From NCBI RefSeq assembly GCF_031769215.1, contig NW_026782331.1, positions 124,001-188,000 on the forward strand: a DNA stretch of 64,000 bases. The letters are read 5' to 3'. Both the position numbers and the translations under genes were made by a program. Positions 25,196 through 37,809 of this stretch are shown here, piece after piece (position 1 is the stretch's first letter; every line of letters starts with the position of its first letter). The notes beneath the pieces are model-generated. The model ran no database searches and was not told the origin of the DNA. It saw nothing but the letters and a program-made list of their open reading frames with translations. Source of the stretch: Ylistrum balloti. Taxonomy: Eukaryota.

Positions 25196-26889
25196 GTTGA
25201 ATGTAAAGTTGGTGATTTTCGCTTCGATTTTATAGCCATAATCACTGGAAATGAAAAGAAGGAAAGGCGTGGTCATGTGATGAAATCGAGATTTGATTGG
25301 CTGAGCGTTTTTACCACCCGAATCTAATTGTTAGTTTTCTACATTTGTACACACGCACACACGGTGGTATTGAGGTCCTCCCTTGTACAAACACACGGTA
25401 ATTTACCTAAACGGGTCCTTTGATTACACCACCTGCGCAAACATCGCTGTCTCCAGGTATTGATATAGTACAATGTATACATGTATGTATCGATAGTGTA
25501 ACTACCCCCGGGCCTTGATGGCTTCACTTGCACTAACACTTGTTAGTCCAGCGTCCTTTAATTATGTTAATGGTTATTCACATCAAAGCAACATCAATGA
25601 ATCATTAACGTCGGACGGTGACGTGTCGAGAAATCTGACAAAACAATTCATGAAAGAAGGTTTAATTCTTTTATTTTCATTGTTATCAATTTTCAATTCT
25701 CGGCATAAATTCGTAGCACAGAATAGAACATACATTTCAATTTTGAACTAATTCAGTTCATAGTACTGGGTATAATGTAATTATCAACAATTTTCATATC
25801 TACAATACATGTACATTGTTTTAAACATCCGTACACATGATATAAATGAGCTCTACAACAGTAAGCAGAAATGTATATTGGTTGTAAGAAACGTCATGTA
25901 CGGCTCAGTATACACCCAATGGCCCGAACTGTACGTCATTTTCAGCATCATGGAGTTACCTCCCTTCGCATATTACAGAAACTATGGTATCTGAAAACGG
26001 TAAATTAGCATCTTTCCTGAAATTATAGTTCATGTTTGAGTTATACAGGTATAGTTGATTAGTTATGAAAGTAAATCCTTACATGTATACATATCTATAA
26101 GCAACATACAATTACATTAACAGTAGAGAATTAAAAATTGGGTAAACTAAAAATTTCCCCTGATTTTTTACACAACTGCCATGGTTACCAACCCGAAAAA
26201 AACGTTAAATTGCAAAAAATACTACTAATTCCAAACTAATATTACCACTTTAAAGGAGGAATTTATTTCTGAATACTTGTCTTATAGTTAACAACACTGT
26301 CATGGTGACAAATTACTTAGGTTTCAGAAATGTCCAACTCGGAACGCATTTACAACATGACCACGTATAGACACTAGGGAAATTTCGCTTCCTGTAAAGC
26401 TAGTCTTTGGTGTGTAGACGTAGATTAGAGACAGCCAAAATAGTAATCTCCGACACAATGCAAAAAATATTGTTTTTAAAAAGTATGCAACCCCACAATG
26501 TCCAATTTAATATGACAACACCAATTTTAGCATAGACATTTTATTTATTTTCTAATTAAAACCGTTATATTGGTGTAATCTAATGAACAAAAATAGCACC
26601 CATGGCCGCACCGAAAAACTGTGCACTATTACCTTACTACATTCGTGTGTGCTTGAAATTTTCGTCAATTATATGAAATACAGTGAAAATATGCGTATTA
26701 GTGAACCTTAAGAATGGCTATTGTTCACATGAAATTATTTTTAGATTCGAATAAGGGACAATTTTCAGAGAAATATGCGTATACATATGGAGGTACTCAG
26801 CTTTTTCTTTTATTAATTTCCTAATGGTTTTTATTGTCTATATTTTTATGCGTATTTCGAGGTACTATGTGCTTTTTTGGGAAAATGTT

Positions 26890-26929
26890 AGCCCTAAAAA
26901 GGGCTGTTTGTGTGGCCCTAGAAAGGGCC
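26890..26929 (-). terminator. Double histone-type stem-loop, copy 6
   Basis: Same sequence as copy 1. Confidence 0.8.
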
Positions 26930-26948
26930 GTTTAAGGTGGAGATATAA

Positions 26949-27506
26949 TCAGAGTACAAGGTACTCTATATCCGAGATGAACTCCGGTGGAACTGTGAAC
27001 TCTGTGGCAAAGACGTGAGGGCCGATGTTGTAGAGCCGGAAGCCAGCATTGAGGAACCTTCTAACGTCAATATGGACCAGCACTTCCGCACCAGCTCTGA
27101 CGTAGTTGGGACAGTCGGTGAAATCGACATACGGGCAGCGATTGCGGTCCAGTCCATACCTGAGGACAGACTCTATATCTCTGGCTTTCATCCCGTGGAC
27201 AAAGAACGTGAGATTCTCGCCAGAACGGACAGGAATGCCAATCTTTGGTAACCGGATGTTGACGCTGTGTCCGTAGGAGGCTCGTATCCATTTGTGGTTG
27301 TCGGAGTACACCAATCGCTGTTTGTCGTTGGTAGGGAACACCAATTCATCCAACATGGCCTTGGACAGCCGGAAGTGACGTAAAATGTGACTGGTTGGGA
27401 CAAACGCGGTCTCGTCGTCACGCCAGGCGTTTCGGTCATGTCGTAGACGTTTGACAACAGCTTTGCTCTTCTTGGTCGAAATCTTTCTGCTCAGTCGGGA
27501 ATCCAT
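26949..27506 (-). CDS. Tpt1/KptA-like protein, copy 6
   Basis: Intact; M9I, D44H. Confidence 0.88.
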   Translation of the reverse strand: MDSRLSRKISTKKSKAVVKRLRHDRNAWRDDETAFVPTSHILRHFRLSKAMLDELVFPTNDKQRLVYSDNHKWIRASYGHSVNIRLPKIGIPVRSGENLTFFVHGMKARDIESVLRYGLDRNRCPYVDFTDCPNYVRAGAEVLVHIDVRRFLNAGFRLYNIGPHVFATEFTVPPEFISDIEYLVL

Positions 27507-29201
27507 GTTGAATGTAAAGTTGGTGATTTTCGCTTCGATTTTATAGCCATAATCACTGGAAATGAAAAGAAGGAAAGGCGTGGTCATGTGATGAAATCGA
27601 GATTTGATTGGCTGAGCGTTTTTACCACCCGAATCTAATTGTTAGTTTTCTACATTTGTACACACGCACACACGGTGGTATTGAGGTCCTCCCTTGTACA
27701 AACACACGGTAATTTACCTAAACGGGTCCTTTGATTACACCACCTGCGCAAACATCGCTGTCTCCAGGTATTGATATAGTACAATGTATACATGTATGTA
27801 TCGATAGTGTAACTACCCCCGGGCCTTGATGGCTTCACTTGCACTAACACTTGTTAGTCCAGCGTCCTTTAATTATGTTAATGGTTATTCACATCAAAGC
27901 AACATCAATGAATCATTAACGTCGGACGGTGACGTGTCGAGAAATCTGACAAAACAATTCATGAAAGAAGGTTTAATTCTTTTATTTTCATTGTTATCAA
28001 TTTTCAATTCTCGGCATAAATTCGTAGCACAGAATAGAACATACATTTCAATTTTGAACTAATTCAGTTCATAGTACTGGGTATAATGTAATTATCAACA
28101 ATTTTCATATCTACAATACATGTACATTGTTTTAAACATCCGTACACATGATATAAATGAGCTCTACAACAGTAAGCAGAAATGTATATTGGTTGTAAGA
28201 AACGTCATGTACGGCTCAGTATACACTCAATAGTCCAAATTTGTACGTCATTTTTAGTATCATGGAGTTACCTCCCTTTGCATATTACAGAAACTATGGT
28301 AACTGAAAACGGTAAATTAGCATCTTTCCTGAAATTATAGTTCATGTTTGAGTTATACAGGTATAGTTGATTAGTTATGAAAGTAAATCCTTACATGTAT
28401 ACATATCTATAAGCAACATACAATTACATTAACAGTAGAGAATTAAAAATTGGGTAAACTAAAAATTTCCCCTGATTTTTTACACAACTGCCATGGTTAC
28501 CAACCCGAAAAAAACGTTAAATTGCAAAAAATACTACTAATTCCAAACTAATATTACCACTTTAAAGGAGGAATTTATTTCTGAATACTTGTCTTATAGT
28601 TAACAACACTGTCATGGTGACAAATTACTTAGGTTTCAGAAATGTCCAACTCGGAACGCATTTACAACATGACCACGTATAGACACTAGGGAAATTTCGC
28701 TTCCTGTAAAGCTAGTCATTGGTGTGTAGACGCAGATTAGAGACAGCCAAAATAGTTATCTCCGACACAATGCAAAAAATGCTGTTTTTAAAAAGTATGC
28801 AACCCCACAATGTCCAATTTAATATGACAACACCAATTTTAGCATAGACATTTTATTTATTTTCTAATTAAAACCGTTATAGTGGTGTAATCTAATGAAC
28901 AAAAATATCACCCATGGCCGCACCGAAAAACTGTGCACTATTACCTTACTACATTCGTGTGTGCTTGAAATTTTCGTCAATTATATGAAATACAGTGAAA
29001 ATATGCGTATTAGTGAACCTTAAGAATGGCTATTGTTCACATGAAATTATTTTTAGATTCGAATAAGGGACAATTTTCAGAGAAATATGCGTATACATAT
29101 GGAGGTACTCAGCTTTTTCTTTTATTAATTTCCTAATGGTTTTTATTGTCTATATTTTTATGCGTATTTCGAGGTACTATGTGCTTTTTTGGGAAAATGT
29201 T

Positions 29202-29241
29202 AGCCCTAAAAAGGGCTGTTTGTGTGGCCCTAGAAAGGGCC
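29202..29241 (-). terminator. Double histone-type stem-loop, copy 7
   Basis: Same sequence as copy 1. Confidence 0.8.
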
Positions 29242-29260
29242 GTTTAAGGTGGAGATATAA

Positions 29261-29818
29261 TCAGAGTACAAGGTACTCTATATCCGAGATGAACTCCGGT
29301 GGAACTGTGAACTCTGTGGCAAAGACGTGAGGGCCGATGTTGTAGAGCCGGAAGCCAGCATTGAGGAACCTTCTAACGTCAATATGGACCAGCACTTCCG
29401 CACCAGCTCTGACGTAGTTGGGACAGTCGGTGAAATCGACATACGGGCAGCGATTGCGGTCCAGTCCATACCTGAGGACAGACTCTATATCTCTGGCTTT
29501 CATCCCGTGGACAAAGAACGTGAGATTCTCGCCAGAACGGACAGGAATGCCAATCTTTGGTAACCGGATGTTGACGCTGTGTCCGTAGGAGGCTCGTATC
29601 CATTTGTGGTTGTCGGAGTACACCAATCGCTGTTTGTCGTTGGTAGGGAACACCAATTCATCCAACATGGCCTTGGACAGCCGGAAGTGACGTAAAATGT
29701 GACTGGTTGGGACAAACGCGGTCTCGTCGTCACGCCAGGCGTTTCGGTCATGTCGTAGACGTTTGACAACAGCTTTGCTCTTCTTGGTCGACATCTTTCT
29801 GCTCAGTCGGGAATTCAT
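29261..29818 (-). CDS. Tpt1/KptA-like protein, copy 7
   Basis: Intact; D2N, D44H. Confidence 0.88.
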   Translation of the reverse strand: MNSRLSRKMSTKKSKAVVKRLRHDRNAWRDDETAFVPTSHILRHFRLSKAMLDELVFPTNDKQRLVYSDNHKWIRASYGHSVNIRLPKIGIPVRSGENLTFFVHGMKARDIESVLRYGLDRNRCPYVDFTDCPNYVRAGAEVLVHIDVRRFLNAGFRLYNIGPHVFATEFTVPPEFISDIEYLVL

Positions 29819-31514
29819 GTTGAATGTAAAGTTGGTGATTTTCGCTTCGATTTTATAGCCATAATCACTGGAAATGAAAAGAAGGAAAGGCGTGGTCATG
29901 TGATGAAATCGAGATTTGATTGGCTGAGCGTTTTTACCACCCGAATCTAATTGTTAGTTTTGTACATTTGTACACACGCACACACGGTGGTATTGAGTTC
30001 CTCCCTTGTACAAACACACGGTAATTTACCTAAACGGGTCCTTTGATTACACCACCTGCGCAAACATCGCTGTCTCCAGGTATTGATATAGTACAATGTA
30101 TACATGTATGTATCGATAGTGTAACTACCCCCGGGCCTTGATGGCTTCACTTGCACTAACACATCTTAGTCCAGCGTCCTTTAATTATGTTAATGGTTAT
30201 TCACATCAAAGCAACATCAATGAATCCTTAACGTCGGACGGTGACGTGTCGAGAAATCTGACAAAACAATTCATGAAAGAAGGTTTAATTCTTTTATTTT
30301 CATTGTTATCAATTTTCAATTCTCGGCATAAATTCGTAGCACAGAATAGAACATACATTTCAATTTTGAACTAATTCAGTTCATAGTACTGGGTATAATG
30401 TAATTATCAACAATTTTCATATCTACAATACATGTACATTGTTTTAAACATCCGTACACATGATATAAATGAGCTCTACAACAGTAAGCAGAAATGTATA
30501 TTGGTTGTAAGAAACGTCATGTACGGCTCAGTATACACTCAATAGTCCAAATTTGTACGTCATTTTTAGTATCATGGAGTTACCTCCCTTTGCATATTAC
30601 AGAAACTATGGTAACTGAAAACGGTAAATTAGCATCTTTCCTGAAATTATAGTTCATGTTTGAGTTATACAGGTATAGTTGATTAGTTATGAAAGCAAAT
30701 CCTTACATGTATACATATCTATAAGCAACATACAATTACATTAACAGTAGAGAATTAAAAATTTGGTAAACTAAAAATTTCCCCTGATTTTTTACACAAC
30801 TGCCATGGTTACCAACCCGAAAAAAACGTTAAATTGCAAAAAATACTACTAATTCCAAACTAATATTACCATTTAAAGGAGGAATTTATTTCTGAATACT
30901 TGTCTTATAGTTAACAACACTGTCATGGTGACAAATTACTTCGGTTTCAGAAATATCCAACTCGGAACGCATTTACAACATGACCACGTATAGACACTAG
31001 GGAAATTTCGCTTCCTGTAAAGCTAGTCTTTGGTGTGTGTAGACGTAGATTAGAGACAGCCAAAATAGTAATCTCCGACACAATGCAAAAAATATTGTTT
31101 TTAAAAAGTATGCAACCCCACAATGTCCAATTTAATATGACAACACCAATTTTAGCATAGACATTTTATTTATTTTCTAATTAAAACCGTTATAGTGGTG
31201 TAATCTAATGAACAAAAATATCACCCATGGCCGCACCGAAAAACTGTGCACTATTACCTTACTACATTCGTGTGTGCTTGAAATTTTCGTCAATTATATG
31301 AAATACAGTGAAAATATGCGTATTAGTGAACCTTAAGAATGGCTATTGTTCACATGAAATTATTTTTAGATTCGAATAAGGGACAATTTTCAGAGAAATA
31401 TGCGTATACATATGGAGGTACTCAGCTTTTTCTTTTATTAATTTCCTAATGGTTTTTATTGTCTATATTTTTATGCGTATTTCGAGGTACTATGTGCTTT
31501 TTTGGGAAAATGTT

Positions 31515-31554
31515 AGCCCTAAAAAGGGCTGTTTGTGTGGCCCTAAAAAGGGCC
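31515..31554 (-). terminator. Double histone-type stem-loop, copy 8 (SL1 loop TTTT)
   Basis: GGCCCT TTTT AGGGCC; stem unchanged. Confidence 0.82.
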
Positions 31555-31573
31555 GTTTAAGGTGGAGATATAA

Positions 31574-32131
31574 TCAGAGTACAAGGTACTCTATATCCGA
31601 GATGAACTCCGGTGGAACTGTGAACTCTGTGGCAAAGACGTGAGGGCCGATGTTGTAGAGCCGGAAGCCAGCATTGAGGAACCTTCTAACGTCAATATGG
31701 ACCAGCACTTCCGCACCAGCTCTGACGTAGTTGGGACAGTCGGTGAAATCGACATACGGGCAGCGATTGCGGTCCAGTCCATACCTGAGGACAGACTCTA
31801 TATCTCTGGCTTTCATCCCGTGGACAAAGAACGTGAGATTCTCGCCAGAACGGACAGGAATGCCAATCTTTGGTAACCGGATGTTGACGCTGTGTCCGTA
31901 GGAGGCTCGTATCCATTTGTGGTTGTCGGAGTACACCAATCGCTGTTTGTCGTTGGTAGGGAACACCAATTCATCCAACATGGCCTTGGACAGCCGGAAG
32001 TGACGTAAAATGTGACTGGTTGGGACAAACGCGGTCTCGTCGTCACGCCAGGCGTTTCGGTCATGTCGTAGACGTTTGACAACAGCTTTGCTCTTCTTGG
32101 TCGACATCTTTCTGCTCAGTCGGGAATTCAT
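31574..32131 (-). CDS. Tpt1/KptA-like protein, copy 8
   Basis: Intact; D2N, D44H. Confidence 0.88.
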   Translation of the reverse strand: MNSRLSRKMSTKKSKAVVKRLRHDRNAWRDDETAFVPTSHILRHFRLSKAMLDELVFPTNDKQRLVYSDNHKWIRASYGHSVNIRLPKIGIPVRSGENLTFFVHGMKARDIESVLRYGLDRNRCPYVDFTDCPNYVRAGAEVLVHIDVRRFLNAGFRLYNIGPHVFATEFTVPPEFISDIEYLVL

Positions 32132-33819
32132 GTTGAATGTAAAGTTGGTGATTTTCGCTTCGATTTTATAGCCATAATCACTGGAAATGAAAAGAAGGAA
32201 AGGCGTGGTCATGTGATGAAATCGAGATTTGATTGGCTGAGCGTTTTTACCACCCGAATCTAATTGTTAGTTTTGTACATTTGTACACACGCACACACGG
32301 TGGTATTGAGGTCCTCCCTTGTACAAACACACGGTAATTTACCTAAACGGGTCCTTTGATTACACCACCTGCGCAAACATCGCTGTCTCCAGGTATTGAT
32401 ATAGTACAATGTATACATGTATGTATCGATAGTGTAACTACCCCCGGGCCTTGATGGCTTCACTTGCACTAACACATCTTAGTCCAGCGTCCTTTAATTA
32501 TGTTAATGGTTATTCACATCAAAGCAACATCAATGAATCATTAACGTCGGACGGTGACGTGTCGAGAAATCTGACAAAACAATTCATGAAAGAAGGTTTA
32601 ATTCTTTTATTTTCATTGTTATCAATTTTCAATTCTCGGCATGAATTCGTAGCACAGAATAGAACATACATTTCAATTTTGAACTAATTCAGGTCATAGT
32701 ACTGGATATAATGTAATTATCAACAATTTTCACATCTACAATACATGTACATTGTTTTAAACATCCGTACACATGATATAAATGAGCTCTACAACAGTAA
32801 GCAGAAATGTATATTGGTTGTAAGAAACGTCATGTACGGCTCAGTATACACCCAATAGTCCAAATTTGTACGTCATTTTTAGTATCATGGAGTTACCTCC
32901 CTTTGCATATTACAGAAACTATGGTAACTGAAAACGGTAAATTAGCATCTTTCCTGAAATTATAGTTCATGTTTGAGTTATACAGGTATAGTTGATTAGT
33001 TATGAAAGTAAATCCTTACATGTATACATATCTATAAGCAACATACAATTACATTAACAGTAGAGAATTAAAAATTTGGTAAACTAAAAATTTCCCCTGA
33101 TTTTTTACACAACTGCCATGGTTACCAACCCGAAAAAAACGTTAAATTGCAAAAAATACTACTAATTCCAAACTAATATTACCACTTTAAAGGAGGAATT
33201 TATTTCTGAATACTTGTCTTATAGTTAACAACACTGTCATGGTGACAAATTACTTAGGTTTCAGAAATGTCCAACTCGGAACGCATTTACAACATGACCA
33301 CGTATAGACACTAGGGAAATTTCGCTTCCTGTAAAGCTAGTCTTTGGTGTGTAGACGCAGATTAGAGACAGCCAAAATAGTAATCTCCGACACAATGCAA
33401 AAAATATTGTTTTTAAAATGTATGCAACCCCACAATGTCCAATTTAATATGACAACACCAATTTTAGCATAGACATTTTATTTATTTTCTAATTAAAACC
33501 GTTATAGTAGTGCAATCTTATGAACAAAAATATCACCCATGGCCGCACCGAAAAACTATTACCTTACTACATTCGTGTGTGCTTGAAATTTTCGTCAATT
33601 ATATGAAATACAGTGAAAATATGCGTATTAGTGAACCTTAAGAATGGCTATTGTTCACATGAAATTATTTTTAGATTCGAATAAGGGACAATTTTCAGAG
33701 AAATATGCGTATACATATGGAGGTACTCAGCTTTTTCTTTTATTAATTTCCTAATGGTTTTTATTGTCTATATTTTTATGCGTATTTCGAGGTACTATGT
33801 GCTTTTTTGGGAAAATGTT

Positions 33820-33859
33820 AGCCCTAAAAAGGGCTGTTTGTGTGGCCCTAGAAAGGGCC
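33820..33859 (-). terminator. Double histone-type stem-loop, copy 9
   Basis: Same sequence as copy 1. Confidence 0.8.
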
Positions 33860-33878
33860 GTTTAAGGTGGAGATATAA

Positions 33879-34436
33879 TCAGAGTACAAGGTACTCTATA
33901 TCCGAGATGAACTCCGGTGGAACTGTGAACTCTGTGGCAAAGACGTGAGGGCCGATGTTGTAGAGCCGGAAGCCAGCATTGAGGAACCTTCTAACGTCAA
34001 TATGGACCAGCACTTCCGCACCAGCTCTGACGTAGTTGGGACAGTCGGTGAAATCGACATACGGGCAGCGATTGCGGTCCAGTCCATACCTGAGGACAGA
34101 CTCTATATCTCTGGCTTTCATCCCGTGGACAAAGAACGTGAGATTCTCGCCAGAACGGACAGGAATGCCAATCTTTGGTAACCGGATGTTGACGCTGTGT
34201 CCGTAGGAGGCTCGTATCCATTTGTGGTTGTCGGAGTACACCAATCGCTGTTTGTCGTTGGTAGGGAACACCAATTCATCCAACATGGCCTTGGACAGCC
34301 GGAAGTGACGTAAAATGTGACTGGTTGGGACAAACGCGGTCTCGTCGTCACGCCAGGCGTTTCGGTCATGTCGTAGACGTTTGACAACAGCTTTGCTCTT
34401 CTTGGTCGACATCTTTCTGCTCAGTCGGGAATTCAT
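33879..34436 (-). CDS. Tpt1/KptA-like protein, copy 9 (CCAAT box disrupted)
   Basis: Intact ORF; D2N, D44H; promoter lesion at ~34537-34543. Confidence 0.85.
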   Translation of the reverse strand: MNSRLSRKMSTKKSKAVVKRLRHDRNAWRDDETAFVPTSHILRHFRLSKAMLDELVFPTNDKQRLVYSDNHKWIRASYGHSVNIRLPKIGIPVRSGENLTFFVHGMKARDIESVLRYGLDRNRCPYVDFTDCPNYVRAGAEVLVHIDVRRFLNAGFRLYNIGPHVFATEFTVPPEFISDIEYLVL

Positions 34437-36106
34437 GTTGAATGTAAAGTTGGTGATTTTCGCTTCGATTTTATAGCCATAATCACTGGAAATGAAAAGA
34501 AGGAAAGGCGTGGTCATGTGATGAAATCGAGATTTGATAGGCTAATTGTTAGTTTTGTACATTTGTACACACGCACACACGGTGGTATTGTGTTCCTCCC
34601 TTGTACAAACACACGGTAATTTACCTAAACGGGTCCTTTGATTACACCACCTGCGCAAACATCGCTGTCTCGGTTATTGATATAGTACAATGAATACATG
34701 TATGTATCGATAGTGTAACTACCCCCGGGCCTTGATGGCTTCACTTGCACTAACACATCTTAGTCCAGCGTCCTTTAATTATGTTAATGGTTATTCACAT
34801 CAAAGCAACATCAATGAATCATTAACGTCGGACGGTGACGTGTCGAGAAATCTGACAAAACAATTCATGAAAGAAGGTTTAATTCTTTTATTTTCATTGT
34901 TATCAATTTTCAATTCTCGGCATAAATTCGTAGCACAGAATAGAACATACATTTCAATTTTGAACTAATTCAGTTCATAGTACTGGATATAATGTAATTA
35001 TCAACAATTTTCATATCTACAATACATGTACATTGTTTTAAACATCCGTACACATGATATAAATGAGCTCTACAACAGTAAGCAGAAATGTATATTGGTT
35101 GTAAAAAACGTCATGTACGGCTCAGTATACACCCAATAGTCCAAATTTGTACGTCATTTTTAGTATCATGGAGTTACCTCCCTTTGCATATTACAGATAC
35201 TAAGGTAACTGAAAACGGTAAATTAGCATTTTCCCTGAAATTATAGTTCATGTTTGACTTATACAGGTATAGTTGATTAGTTATGAAAGTAAATCCTTAC
35301 ATGTATACATATCTATAAGCAACATACAATTACATTAACAGTAGAGAATTAAAAATTTGGTAAACTAAAAATTTCCCCCGATTTTTTACACAACTGTCAT
35401 GGTTACCAACCCGAAAAAAACGTTAAATTGCAAAAAATACTACTAATTCTAAACTAATATTACCACTTTAAAGGAGGAATTTATTTCTGAATATTTGTCT
35501 TATAGTTAACAACACTGTCATGGTGTCAAATTACTTAGGTTTCAGAAATGTCCAACTTGGAACGCATTTACAACATGACCACGTATAGACACCAGGGAAA
35601 TTTCGCTTCCTGTAAAGCTAGTCGTTGGTGTGTAGACGCAGATTAGAGACAGCCAAAATAGTAATCTCCGACATAATGCAAAAATGTTGTTTTTAAAAAG
35701 TATACAACCCCACAATGTCCAATTTAATATGACAACACCAATTTTAGCATAGACATTTTATTTATTTTCTAATTAACACCGTTATATTGGTGTAATCTAA
35801 TGAACAAAAATAGCACCCATGGCCGCACCGAAAAACTGTGCACTATTACCTTACTACATTCGTGTGTGCTTGAAATTTTCGTCAATTATATGAAATACAG
35901 TGAAAATATGCGTATTAGTGAACCTTAAGAATGGCTATTGTTCACATGAAATTATTTTTAGATTCGAATAAGGGACAATTTTCAGAGAAATATGCGTATA
36001 CATATGGAGGTACTCAGCTTTTTCTTTTATTAATTTCCTAATGGTTTTTATTGTCTATATTTTTATGCGTATTTCGAGGTACTATGTGCTTTTTTGGGAA
36101 AATGTT

Positions 36107-36146
36107 AGCCCTAAAAAGGGCTGTTTGTGTGGCCCTCAAAAGGGCC
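36107..36146 (-). terminator. Double histone-type stem-loop, copy 10 (SL1 loop TTTG)
   Basis: GGCCCT TTTG AGGGCC; stem unchanged. Confidence 0.82.
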
Positions 36147-36165
36147 GTTTAAGGTGGAGATATAT

Positions 36166-36723
36166 TCAGAGTACAAGGTACTCTATATCCGAGATGAACT
36201 CCGGTGGAACTGTGAACTCTGTGGCAAAGACGTGAGGGCCGATGTTGTAGAGCCGGAAGCCAGCATTGAGGAACCTTCTAACGTCAATATGGACCAGCAC
36301 TTCCGCACCAGCTCTGACGTAGTTGGGACAGTCGGTGAAATCGACATACGGGCAGCGATTGCGGTCCAGTCCATACCTGAGGACAGACTCTATATCTCTG
36401 GCTTTCATCCCGTGGACAAAGAACGTGAGATTCTCGCCAGAACGGACAGGAATGCCAATCTTTGGTAACCGGATGTTGACGCTGTGTCCGTAGGAGGCTC
36501 GTATCCATTTGTGGTTGTCGGAGTACACCAATCGCTGTTTGTCGTTGGTAGGGAACACCAATTCATCCAACATGGCCTTGGACAGCCGGAAGTCACGTAA
36601 AATGTGACTGGTTGGGACAAACGCGGTCTCGTCGTCACGCCAGGCGTTTCGGTCATGTCGTAGACGTTTGACAACAGCTTTGCTCTTCTTGGTCGACATC
36701 TTTCTGCTCAGTCGGGAATTCAT
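36166..36723 (-). CDS. Tpt1/KptA-like protein, copy 10
   Basis: Intact; D2N; D44 as in copies 1-2. Confidence 0.88.
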   Translation of the reverse strand: MNSRLSRKMSTKKSKAVVKRLRHDRNAWRDDETAFVPTSHILRDFRLSKAMLDELVFPTNDKQRLVYSDNHKWIRASYGHSVNIRLPKIGIPVRSGENLTFFVHGMKARDIESVLRYGLDRNRCPYVDFTDCPNYVRAGAEVLVHIDVRRFLNAGFRLYNIGPHVFATEFTVPPEFISDIEYLVL

Positions 36724-37809
36724 GATGAATGTAAAGTTGGTCATTTTCGCATCGATTTTATAGGCATAATCACTGGAAATGAAAAGAAGGAAAGGCGTGG
36801 TCATGTGATGAAATCGAGATTTGATTGGCTGAGCGTTTTTACCACCCGAATCTAATTGTTAGTTTTGTACATTTGTACACACGCACACACGGTGGTATTG
36901 AGGTCCTCCCTTGTACAAACACACGGTAATTTACCTAAACGGGTCCTTTGATTACACCACCTGCACAAACATCGCTGTCTCCAGGTATTGATATAGTACA
37001 ATGTATACATGTGTGTATCGATAGTGTAACTACCCCCGGGTCTTGATGGCTTCACTTGCACTAACACATCTTAGTCCAGCGTCCTTTAATAATGTTAATG
37101 GTTATTCACATCAAAGCAACATCAATGAATCATTAACGTCGGACGGTGACGTGTCGAGAAATCTGACAAAACAATTCATGAAAGAAGGTTTAATTCTTTT
37201 ATTTTCATTGTTATCAATTTTCAATTCTCGGCTTAAATTCGTAGCACAGAATAGAACATACATTTCAATTTTGAACTAAACCAGTTCATTCAGTATAATG
37301 TAATTAACAACAATTTTCATATCTACAATACATGTACATTGTTTTAAACATCCGTACACATGATATAAATGAGCTCTACACAGAATAGAACATACATTTC
37401 AGTTATGAAATAATTCAATTCATAGTACTGGGTATAATTAATTATCAACAATTTTCATATTATAATACATGTACATTGTTTTAAACATCCGTACACATGA
37501 TATAAATGAGCTCTACAACAGTAAGCAGAAATGTATATTATTAATGATAATGAAACGTTTCCTTATATCTGTTACATTTAACTATAAAATGAAATTGATG
37601 TTCTAAGTCACTGCTGTCACATAAAGTGCAATAGTTATCATTCTTTTCTTTATTTCTTTCACAGTAGAATTTCCGATAGATTTTGTAATAAACTCTGAAA
37701 ACTGTCCTAACCGACATATCTATATAGGGAACATTTGGGAAATGAATTTATCTTTCCACTACACTCTTGTTTAAAGATATCGAACAATCTAGTTTTAATA
37801 ATGTTTATG

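Larger units (their letters stand above)
14386..37380 (-). repeat. Head-to-tail tandem gene array: 10 units of ~2,312 bp, each with a Tpt1/KptA-like gene plus AT-rich spacer
   Basis: Equivalent ORFs recur with spacings of ~2287-2313 bp. Spacers are near-identical by eye. Confidence 0.97.

Noticed and set aside
14386-37380. Array as a histone cluster, 5S/snRNA cluster or autonomous transposon
   Set aside because: No histone-fold ORF, no recognisable 5S, tRNA or snRNA in the spacer, and no transposase, RT or matching terminal repeats.
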